58,408 nucleotides of DNA from assembly GCA_001687465.1 (NCBI GenBank), contig LVLI01000018.1, positions 1-58,408 on the forward strand. The letters are read 5' to 3'. Below are positions 48,640 to 58,408 of the stretch, in pieces. This DNA comes from Halocafeteria seosinensis. Lineage: Eukaryota. Both the position numbers and the translations under genes were made by a program. Within the stretch, counting starts at the first letter, position 1; every line of letters begins with the position of its first letter. The notes under the pieces were generated by a model. That model did no database searches. It saw only the letters and a program-made list of their open reading frames with translations, and was not told where the DNA came from.

Positions 48640-50091
48640 TAGGCTGGTTGGGATTGCTGAAAACAGCCGTCCCCACGGTCCGATCCCCACTCCGTTCTCG
48701 TCATCCCCATCCCCATGGGGATCCCCGTGGGGAAGCATTCTTAACTTACTGACTCACAATGAAAAATGGTCTATCATTGAGAGTAATACTGTTCATTCTT
48801 TAAGCATATGCTCAAAACAATTTAGCCATGATAGCAGCATAGTTCACTGGTCCGTTGGAAGTAGTGGACTTCTCACAACGGACTCTTGTACTGTACAACA
48901 TCATTCTCTATAATTACCTGCCTACTCATAGTTTCACCGTTAACTTTAAAATCAACGAGAGCTTGTGTAGACGTTTCTCTTCCATAGTTTTTTTACTTCT
49001 TCGAGAAACGTGTCAAGAGAATGGGACGACGGCCTCTGGCCCTTCGAACTCTTGTGCCCACAGTTCTGTCTTAAGTGAACTCACCATCAATCTCAATTGC
49101 ACTTGTTTCAACCGAATCGAAATCTAGATTCCTAGCAACTTCTTCAGTTATGTCGGCGATAGTATCCAGGTCGCCGTAATTCTCTGTTTTGCACTCAGAT
49201 GCTCGATCTGAGCACTTAATGTCCTGTCTCGAGTGTTACGTTGGCAAAAACATGAATGCCTGACAGGTGCCCTCGTCGTTTTCTTGCAGACTCGGATACG
49301 TAGTATGTTTTAGTCTGAGCTATGCGCTCACGTGTCTGAGCAGATAAACTGTGTCTCGGCTTGTATTAGCAGCTGCTAAACTCGAGAAAAGACGCTCCAC
49401 GTCAGCCGATCCAGAACAGATAGAGAATACCCTTAAAGCAACCATCTTCGAAACTTAGGTATTTGAACTGCTAGCCTTTTCAACAGCATCATCAGTCGGT
49501 ACTTTCGGCATTCAACTCTGCGGCAGAGTCTCTGCCTGAACTCATCGAGTTGCCTAGCCAGTTCATCACTTTCCTCAGTAGTGCTTGTAAAGCCCCATTG
49601 CCGTGTCACCCACAGCAATGGGGCCGTTTTCGACCCTCTCTTCTTCTGTGCCTGCATCTTCGTTGTTTTGGCCGTGGACTTGCTCTCCGAGGGCTTGCAC
49701 ACAGGCTGACCCTGCTCTCCTGGGTCGTTGTCCGGGGTAGAAGCTGCATCTGTTCCAATGTGCTGCACATCTAGATCCACCATTTCTTCGTCATTGTACT
49801 CATCTCTAAAGCAGCTCCAGCCTAAGGAAGCCCTTCACAACGCGGAGAAATTCGGTTCGGATTTCGGCAACCTAGAGTTAATGTTATAAGGAATCCTCGG
49901 ATACTCCTGGAAAGAGTGTGGACATGCTAATTAGAGCATACGTGCAATCATTACAATATCAATTATATTTGTATTTGCTACACCTTCCCCAAAGCATCCC
50001 CAGCTGGACTTCCATTCCCACCCCTGGGGATGGGGATGGGGATGCATCCCCATCCCCAACAGGGGATTGGGGACCGATCCCAACTAGCCTA
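48640..50091 (-). mobile_element. Internally deleted, non-autonomous hAT-superfamily DNA transposon
   Basis: 15-bp TIRs: TAGGCTGGTTGGGAT (48640-48654) and ATCCCAACTAGCCTA (50077-50091), 1 mismatch. Clustered ATCCCC/GGGGAT subterminal repeats lie at both ends. The minus strand at 49320-49445 reads MVALRVFSICSGSADVERLFSSL, the hAT C-terminal dimerisation motif. No 8-bp TSD is seen. Confidence 0.85.
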
Positions 50092-50126
50092 CCTGGCGCA
50101 TTGTCACCTCACTTCAACCGTTAATC

Positions 50127-50537
50127 ATGGAGGACAACTTCCGACTTCAGACCAGCAAGGTCTATTTGACCTACTCACAATGTGGTCAAATGGCCAATGA
50201 CCTAGAATATGTAAAAGCTAGACTGTTCGAAGCATCACCTGACATTACAAATTATATTGTCGCCCGTGAAGAACATGACGACGGAGGTCTCCATGTACAC
50301 TGCTACCTTGCACTCAGCAAGCAACTACGAACACGAAATCAACGATATTATGATATCGAATACAATGGAACACAACATCCTAACATGCAAGGATGTCGTT
50401 CACCAAAACATGTCGCTGGATATTGCGTCAAAGATGATCACTTTCTATCAAATTTCGACGTTCAAAAATGGCTCGATGCAAGAAGTAAACGCAAAGCTAG
50501 AAATCAACATCAATGGCATTGGGACTTCTCTCATTGA
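50127..50537 (+). mobile_element. rep: Endogenous CRESS-DNA-virus-like Rep: HUH endonuclease domain of geminivirus/genomovirus type, no helicase
   Basis: FRLQTSKVYLTYSQC (motif I), REEHDDGGLHVHCY (motif II, HUH), RYYDIEYNGTQHPNMQGCRS (GRS-like) and YCVKDD (motif III, YxxK). Confidence 0.9.
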
Positions 50538-51059
50538 GCTTGCACAACGACACATCTTGATTTTATCCCTTTCAAATTGGTGTCCATGTATTTTGTGACA
50601 GGGGGAGCGCAAGGGAAACTTCAACACCCAACCTTTTTTATCCTTCTGTGGAGGGCACCATCGTTCCTCTCCCATTGACATCTCTTGGAGCAAGAACACA
50701 ATCACTCATACAACTGATATACTTAAATTTACCCCAACAATATTAGATGCATGTCATATCAGGAAATGTTTGCAATATCACTCTGTATATAGGGTTGACT
50801 TGAGTCTCAACTTGATTTCACTCCGACAGCGAGTGCCGTACAAGAAGAAGATAGTGAATCAAAAGGGTTGTACAGCCATTTGTTTCAAAACAGAGAAGCA
50901 AACAGATCCTTTGTGCTGAGGCTCAGGCTTTATTGCAGTGTACAACCACACCAGGTAGTTGGCGGGCCTGACTTTGGGAGCAGGCTTCCCCAGCAGAAGT
51001 TGTAGCTACTACTACCGTACACGTTTAAACACACCAACTCATTTGACAATAGCGTCAGA

Positions 51060-51593
51060 ATGGCAGCTGCAGCTCCGGAGGAAGCGCCAAAGTTGGTACT
51101 ATCCAAAGCAGTGAAAGGGATTCCTGATTGGTTTATACCGAACGAATGCAAACTGAAGAACGCAGCTGAGCAGACTACCTTCTCCAAAGAGATTGCAAAA
51201 TGTTTGAGTAGGGAGGAAAGTATTGCGTCAGAAGACATTAAAAGAGTGGAAGCGCTTTTATGTTCGGAGGACACGAATGAGCCCCTGTCTGACGTCCAAC
51301 GAAACAAGCTCAAGCACAAGGTCGTGGTTGCTTGTTTCCTTTTGGGTGACTTTGGGGCTTGCGATGCGTATGAAGAGAAACGCCTCAAGGATTTGTACCC
51401 TCCCGATGAGAGACACACAATGACACAGAAAGTTGAAGAGTGGAAGAATGATAACTTAGAGTCTGAATCTGGTCTGTTTTTGGAGGAGCCGCGTCTCTCA
51501 GTACCCACGCTGACCGATGCGCTGTGTGCCTTGATTAGGAAACTATGCGCGCACGAGATAGGTAAGTTCCCACACATCAATAGATACTTGGTG

Positions 51594-51647
<54 letters not shown>

Positions 51648-54600
51648 CGTGACTTAGGAGTGGCAGTGTAGTCGTGGCGAAGTGGGAGACTTCAGCCATG
51701 CAGCCACTTTCATTTTTGCCGTGTCGAACTGGGGCTGTCTCAGGCGTTACCAGCGGGAAGAAAGGAAACGTAGGGGGTAGTGAGTTGTGGCTTTTTGCTG
51801 GGTCTCCTTGAACGTGCTTGATGCATGGATGTTTGTCTGGGCAGAGGGCCAAGGTTCGAGGCCTACTAAAAACACGTTTGTTGCAAAAGGGTCAAGGTTG
51901 TACGTTCTTGGAACACACTGTGTCGATTTTGAATGAATGTACTGTAGAGTTTTGTTGCTTTAGTTATATTGTTTTATGTTCCATGCAGCTACGAATGACG
52001 CTGAAATGTACTTTTATGGAATCGTACTAGATAAAGTTGTTGTGCTCGAGAGCAGTGTTGAAAAAGTGTACAAAACCTTGGACAGAATTGACAGCCAAAA
52101 CAGTCCATACGCTTGTGGATTCCGACGGATCCCGTTTCCGACTTATGACACGTTGCCTATCTATCCTTCGATTCATCATATTGGGAACGTGTCAAAAGAT
52201 ACTCTAAAGGCGGTCGTGACGGGTGTGAAACAACATGATCCATCATGTGATTTCGTGCTCCCTCAGCCTAGTGGTACCGGCAAGACCCATGGAATGTATT
52301 ATTTAGGTACATCCGACGACTTCAATGCGTTAGTAATACTCTCAAATATCGTCGATAAGACTTGTGAAGACGGGACACAGCAGCATAAGGAAGCAATGCT
52401 TTACACGCCTTGGCGAGCTATCGATAAACTCTTGCTGCGTTTACAGTATGCAATATCGGTTGACAAAAGCCCAGCGGTGGCGGAGCTGGTACCTAAAGCA
52501 GCGTATGGTGCAATTTATCTAGTTTTCTTGTGCTACTTGGAGTATGTCTACAAGATCCTTGCTATGCTCAAAAATGGCAACGGAGAGGGAGCAAGGTTTC
52601 CGATTGAGGCCACAGATAGGAATCTCAGGAGAGCTGCCGTGTTTGCCTTGCGAAACGGCGTAGGCGAAAACGACGTTACACTGATGATGGAGAATCGCTT
52701 GTCGTCGATTAACCTATGTGAAGTTAAGTACATCACTCTGGCTGGTCAAAGGAAGCCCAGTAAGTTTGTGATCCCGAAGAAGGAGGAGATTTCTGCTAGG
52801 TTTAAAATGGTGGTTAAAGATCTTATGGGACTTTTCGAGAAGAAGCCAGTCATTTTATTTGCCGTCGATGAGGCTCAAGCATTATCGGATAAAGGCAAGG
52901 GTGTTTTCCTTTCCGACTCGCAACGACACGGGAGATCCCTCGGTGATCCAGAGGGGATACGCCTGTGCATGGAGCCAGATTTATTATACGCTGTCCAAAA
53001 AGTTTGTGCTAATGAACTGAGGTCCGCGACCACAAGTCATACTGGATTCGCTGTGGGAACAATATTCCTCGGTACGCATTACACGTTCCGACAGATCTTG
53101 AAACGAGCGAAGATTTCCAACCCGGTGCACACCAGCTTACAGATCGTCTATACTTTGGACACGTTTGACGTTGAAGGTATTCGAGAGCTGGTGTGTCACT
53201 ATTTTCAGCTCGACCAGTGCTGGAAGAGTCTTTACGACGACCCCTCAACCGGTTTTCGGGAAAACATTCAAGCGCTACAAGGAAGAGGGAAGTTAATGTA
53301 TTATTTGATTTCTGGATTACATAATCTTCATTACGACTGGCCTGGATATCGAAATACACCGTCTACGGACACACTGTTTCTCAGAGACGATTTATGTAGA
53401 TGCGCAGAAGATGCGCGCAAATACGCGAGGTCTTTTCTAGAAGGCTTGGTAGCAAGGGCCTTCAAATCGCAAAAACTGATTGCCGACGATGGCATGACGG
53501 AGGCAGCAGGAGTTTCAGTCCTATATTTACTGATTTGCTTGGATGCGCCTCATATACCGGTAACATTGGACGTCATTCAAAGTCTCGTTGGAACCAGTGT
53601 AATTCCCGTTGCCGTAGATATTAACGAGCAACATTTTGGTCGGATTCTTGACGAGCCTGTCACGAAGCAGCTTATTGTTCAAGAGGGGAATCGATTGATA
53701 AAAGAGGGTCAAGCGTATAGTGATCTGTTCCGTGTACTTTCTGTGAACATGATTATGAAAAATATGTACATTCAGCACGGAGGGCTCGGAGAGGACGCAG
53801 AAGGAGTATTCTGTCATTGGATATTGCGGCGGATGGTGGAATGTAGTCCCTCCTCTGGCAACGTTTCTTCACTTTGGGAGCTACTTCGTCCTGCGTTGAT
53901 GTACGTAGAGACACGCGCCGATGGAAAAGAGTGCAAAATCCCCGGTGTCAAAGTGGAAGCGGGAAAAATTATGGAGAAATAGAAGAACGTTCAAGTAAGA
54001 GTAAATAGTTGTAAGAATGCTCAGGAAAAGGATGAAAGGTCAAAGGTGTACGGTGAATTTCATTGGCTCTTCGAGGTGTGGACGACGGAGCAAGACGGTG
54101 CAAGTCAGCGGCAATATCATTTCGAACGACTCCTTACCCAAATATCACACGTAGCGGGATTTGATGCGCTTATGCCGGCCCTAAGAATTTTTGGAAAGGG
54201 GCATTCTCAGGAATGTGCTGTTAGTTTCCAAATTAAAATTAAAAAAGAAGGCAAATTGAGGGAAGCTGCCATGACTACCGATCCGGACCTGCAATTTATG
54301 ACGGACGCTCAAAGAAAGGCGGCTGTAGCTGGTCGTCCAGTGCCCGGTGGCAAGTCGGAGGCGAGGACTAAATTCGAAACTTTGCGGAGCGCCATGGGGG
54401 AAGAGGACGCGTTCAGTCGTACGTATCGCTTTGTTGTTGGGTTACAGTTCAGCTCGGAAACATGCGAGCGAGCAATTATGAACTTTGGATCCAGCCGGCA
54501 TCCTCTGTTAGTTCTTAACCTTGGCGAAGCCATCCCGGAACTTCGAGAATCAAAAGAACGGCTAAGCACTTTTATAGAGGATATGACTAATATGGATGAA

Positions 54601-55122
54601 GATTGCACTCTCTGGCGAGGGGTAGGGAAACCAACGTTCGAGGAAACTGAAGGCCCAGCCTCTTCTTCGACCGCACAAGAGCATTCCCCGCATTCCTCCT
54701 CTGTTTCAGGGTCAGCGGGCCGGCATGGAAGCTCACGTGGAAGAGGGAAAACCAACAAATCACGAGGTGGTGGTGCGTTAGGGTATAAAAGACCAAGGTA
54801 TTCAGCTCCTTCCTCGACTGCACAAGAGCATTCTCCTCATCGCTCCTCTGTTTCAGAGTCTGCGCACCTGCATGAAGGTTCACGTGGAAGAGGGAAAAGC
54901 CAGAAACCACGAGGTTGTGGTTCGCCAGGGCCGAAAAGGCGAAGCGATCCAACCTCTTCTTCGACCGCACAAGAGCATTCCCCGCATTCCTCCTCTGTTT
55001 CAGGGTCAGCACACTCACATGGAAGTTCACGTGGAGAAACAAAGAGCAAAGACTCACAGGGTGGTAGTGCGTCAGCGTATACAAGACGAACACGTTCAGC
55101 TGCAAGAGAGCGGTCTCCCTGA
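51060..55122 (+). CDS. Crinkler/RHS-type (CR) protein: N-terminal header, P-loop NTPase, PD-(D/E)xK-like REase domain, repetitive tail; one in-frame TAG at 53980-53982
   Basis: Exon 1 (51060-51561) and a phase-1 intron (51562-51988, GTAAGT...TGCAG) lead into ORF 51976-53982. Walker A QPSGTGKT, Walker B ILFAVDEAQ. The same frame continues past the TAG into AGFDALMP...AVSFQIK, an REase-like D..QxK pattern. Confidence 0.7.
51597..51646. repeat. (GT)25 microsatellite inside the intron of the CR-like gene
   Basis: Directly visible run. Confidence 0.95.
54661..55040 (+). repeat. Three coding tandem repeats, 147-bp period (SSTAQEHSPHxSSVSxSAxxHxxSRG)
   Basis: Units start at 54661, 54808 and 54955. 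Confidence 0.9.
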
Positions 55123-55805
55123 TTGCGGTGTCAAAACTCTGGCATTCCTCTACTGTCGACACGTCTTGTCCTCTACTTGTTGGTATTCTTTTTTCCAGGG
55201 CTTGCTTGAAACGTCTTTGCGCCTTGCTGCAATTACTTGAGTTCTGCATAGACATTCGTCGATGCCGGTTAGCCATATTCCCGGGTACTTGTACAACGTT
55301 CCATAACGTTGGTTAAAAGGACTGTAGATTCTACAGTTTGTTCCATTGTTAAAAAGAAAAGAAACCTTGGGGTGCGCGAGATACTGCAATGCGAGGGTGT
55401 ACAGTACTATATGTGTGTCAAAATGAAAACATCCTTCACTCCACGTGACGTGACGTAAGCCTACACTGAAAACAAGAGAAAGTATCAAAAATGGGCACGA
55501 AATTAACCGAAGCGGTCGTGCTTGGCTGAAGTGGTTGTGCATCTGTTCGTGTGGAAGAGGTACCTACCTTTTCCTTTGCTTACCGTAATCGTAATCGAAA
55601 GTTTTGGTGTAGTAGAGAAAAATCGAAATGGTTTTTCGTTCACCAAACTCGAGTAAGTAAAAACGTCGAACTGGAGAACTGACCAACAAGCCAAAACGAA
55701 AAAGGCGATTCAGACGTGACTTGAAGGATAAGGAGTGGTTGAAGGTGAAAAACTCCCCGCATTAACGCGGATTTTATCGCCGCCAAGCCTCGAAAAAGGC
55801 ATGCT

Positions 55806-55845
55806 GTTCTTGTACGAGTAGGACCGAACTCACTCGTACAAGAAC
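55806..55845. other. Perfect inverted repeat: 14-bp stem, 12-nt loop
   Basis: GTTCTTGTACGAGT (55806-55819) is the exact reverse complement of ACTCGTACAAGAAC (55832-55845). The loop is AGGACCGAACTC. Confidence 0.9.
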
Positions 55846-55852
55846 CCAGTCT

Positions 55853-56558
55853 CCGTAGATATTGGCGAGCAACATTTTGGTCGGATTCTTGACGAACCTC
55901 TCACGAAGCAGCTTTAGTGTCCAATGAGTATTCTGTCGTTGGATATTGCGGCGGATGGTGGAATGTACCATGGTCATGGTAGTCCCTGGACTCCTGTTGT
56001 GGGAATAAAAAACTTCCAAAAGCAACGGGGGACATGGCAAGTCACCGGAGAAGCACAAGAGACATCGCCTTCGTGAGCCGGACGAAATATAAGTCGATAG
56101 GGGAATGAACAGGAGTACTACTAAACAGATTCGCGGTTGATATGATCCCATTCCTTTAATCAAGCAGATGGAGCGCTACCTTATGTCATTACGAGTCAAA
56201 CATGCTAGTGAGGTTGATCGGAATGGTTGGTATACGCTTTAGGTCGCTTGCCCTGCAACCGAAACTATTGGTGGCGTCAGAGTTGAACTGGGAAACGTTT
56301 AGTGAGAATATAATGAAATCCATAGGCAACATATCTGCGGGGGAATCCAACACTGTCTGCTTCTCTATCGACCCTTGCTGGGTTAAAGACAAAGGTAGGT
56401 ACTTCAAAGCAGGCGGAAGAAAGATTCCAGTGGAATGTGACGCTATGCTCTGTTCCCTTGAAGGCTTGTTGTCACGCCCTGTACTAGACGTTTTTGTGTC
56501 TAGTGGGTCCCCTGTCAAAATCAGTCCGAATCAATTTCAATTGAACAATTCCACTTAG
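55853..56558 (+). pseudogene. Decayed second CR/Crinkler-like copy
   Basis: 55853-55914 matches 53612-53673 and 55926-55967 matches 53804-53845, with the intervening source sequence absent. The extension to 56558 is tentative: only weak protein-level resemblance (FSIDPCW vs MTTDPDL). Confidence 0.6.
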
Positions 56559-57760
56559 ATTGTCTGGTGTATTTCGCCATAAATATCGTCAGTAATGCTT
56601 CATATTTAATAACAGATTATAGGAAGAGTTTGCAGCAGTGCTATAAAACGTGAAATGTCGTATTTTGTACGTTTTTCTCCTTCCTAGAAACGTCCAGAGA
56701 GTTAGATGGTTAAGGATCCAGTCGAAGTTGACGTCTCAGTGTCCAATTAAAATTAATGGATACTCTGACGACGAACGATTGTTCAATGTCGTTATTGCGA
56801 CTCTTGGAGCGATATTTCTGCGAGTTCCGTTGTGTTATAGTGAAAGTGACTTGTTATATGAACGCTATCGTCGCTACAGCTTCTCTTACGTCACAAGTCC
56901 GGGAGTCGGTCAGGCCATCAGGCAAGTCACCTCTCAGTGGTGTACCACTTGTATTGCTCCGACGACTCACTGGGCCACCAAATTTCAAATGCACCATAAA
57001 TGTACACAGAACACGTCTACAATCGTACCGTCATCATTGTCGCACCAGCGCTATCGACGTCGCCACCCCGAGTACTAGGCTAGCAGGGATTTTCTGCCCA
57101 AAGGATTCAAAGAGATCAGAGGATACGAATATCAAATGCCAAAATTCCTCTTCCGCTTCCCCTCTGACGCAGTGTACATGAATTTCCCTATCTCCAACTA
57201 AGTAGGTAGAGGGTCTATGTTCCTGAGTCCAAATCAACCGGTCCGACGGCGCTTCGTGATTCCTTAGATAGGTGCACTTCAGATCTCACGAGATATCCTG
57301 GACCTGTTTGTTTGGTAAGAAGGACACATGGAGCGAACGCGACTAACTTGGATCCTGACCTACGGACTATCCGGTTGGAATAGGGTACCCAATACGTCAA
57401 AGCCTCGCTCACTTCGGACAGAGGTAGGCTGGAAGAAACTCTTTCCTACGGGAACAACGATGTAACTGGTGCCGAACGTCGTGAACGGAGTCGAAAGCCA
57501 ATATGTATCACAGCCACAAAAATCGTGCTAAACTTCCTCTTGCCTCACAGGACTTTCGTACCGGTACTGTATGTTCAGGAAGTAGAATCCATCACTGCAA
57601 TCAATCGTCGTCTACCACACGGTACATTCATCACGACCTCGTTGTGTACACTGTATGTGTATAGGTACAAGTAAGACGAGTAGGCTACGCCGTGTAAGGT
57701 GTAAACTCTACCCAGAACCGCTCCAAAATCTCGAGGTTGTGACTGACAGTTTGGCAATCA

Positions 57761-58150
57761 TCAGCTTGCTAAAGTTCGGCATCTCCCTTGCTCCCGACTG
57801 GTGCTTTTTCTTTTTCCGAAAACCGCCCACCGGGATACAGTTTCCGTGTGGTGGTGGTCCCTCAGATGTCCGTATTTTGTCCGCTGCAACTTCTGCGCTT
57901 CTGCCACGCCCGCTGTCCTGGCTAGTCTGTCTCCTGTGAGTGGGTTACTGGGCACTGTCACATCGACAAAAGACTGTGCTCGTTGGGCCTTTTGCTACCG
58001 GTACGGTAGTACCAGGTCCATTGCTAGCCTTCGTTTCGCTCGCGGGTCTACGAGCACCTCTCGCTCCACTGGCATTTGACTCGTGCGGATGTAGTTCCCC
58101 AGTTCCACTGCTGTCTACAGTGTCTTGTCATGACGGCGGATTCTTTGCGT
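57761..58150 (-). mobile_element. Decayed RLE domain of an R2/CRE-group-like non-LTR retrotransposon
   Basis: One minus-strand frame with two stops reads RIRRHDKTL*TAVELGNYIR...VEREVLVDPR..LAMDLVLPYR*..FVDVTVPSNPLTGDRLARTAGVAEAQKLQRTKYG, matching the RHD..E..(P/M)D..DV.V..P..K..KY pattern. Confidence 0.68.
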
Positions 58151-58408
58151 GGTGCAGCAGCTCCCTTCACAGCATTGACCGGACGCCGGCGGACGGCCCC
58201 CATACACCGGTACAGGTTCTAGAGAGATTTGTTCTGGCGAGCCCTAGGGCCTGAGGGCCTAGGCACAGGTACAGTGCTACCATGTACTCGGCATCGGTTA
58301 GTGAAAATCCTTTTCTTGCTTGGCGCTGCGTATAGCCATGTATTCGACTCTCAGACTGAGGTTTGGTCGGAGTCCGACCGTCGGACCCGTGTATAATACC
58401 TGATGTAC

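Noticed and set aside
48499..50124. AACCGTTAA at 48499-48507 and 50116-50124 as a possible TSD or iteron
   Set aside because: The copies do not abut the TIRs, and a single 9-mer match over this distance can be chance.
50127..50537. Helitron call for the HUH ORF
   Set aside because: It has a single-Tyr YxxK motif and geminivirus-like motif I/GRS, with no two-Tyr motif or PIF1 helicase.
50599..50920. ATG-less open frame downstream of Rep, and ILLWRAPS in another frame, as a helicase remnant
   Set aside because: No GK(S/T), Walker B or motif C is recognisable; too degraded to call.
1800..51580. Long antisense ORFs such as 1800-2537(-), 40123-40845(+) and 50930-51580(-)
   Set aside because: They are shadows of well-supported genes on the opposite strand and have no motifs of their own.
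54661..55040. Spaced direct repeats as a CRISPR array
   Set aside because: The 147-bp in-frame coding units have related spacers, the context is eukaryotic, and there are no cas genes.
56650..57412. Several 60-140 aa ORFs between the CR pseudogene and the LINE remnant
   Set aside because: No recognisable domain or coherent splice model.

Overview
Eukaryotic (protist) genomic DNA with mostly short GT-AG spliceosomal introns; a stramenopile-like host is my inference, not demonstrated. Positions 1 to ~48 kb are gene-dense. They hold housekeeping genes: Tctex-type dynein light chain, Hook-like adaptor, RPB2, NDUFB11-like, PRP22/DHX8, SEM1/DSS1, PARP16-like ART, a cyclic-nucleotide-gated PKG-like kinase, a carboxylesterase and Msp1/ATAD1. 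Interleaved are many predicted surface or membrane proteins: LRR/Cys-rich, two MRH-EGF receptors, a GLUG-repeat protein split by a frameshift, and a Pmp-repeat multi-pass receptor. From ~48.5 kb the window becomes a mobile/accessory island. It contains an internally deleted hAT transposon with TIRs (48640-50091). An endogenous geminivirus/genomovirus-like HUH Rep ORF without a helicase starts 35 bp later (50127-50537). A co-oriented Crinkler-type NTPase + restriction-endonuclease-fold gene with a single in-frame TAG follows (51060-55122). Then come a perfect 14-bp hairpin abutting a decayed second Crinkler-like copy, and a decayed RLE-type non-LTR retrotransposon whose relative lies at ~3.9 kb. 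The Rep/Crinkler/hairpin island is the best candidate for an undescribed system. All family assignments come from motif recognition by eye; no searches were run.
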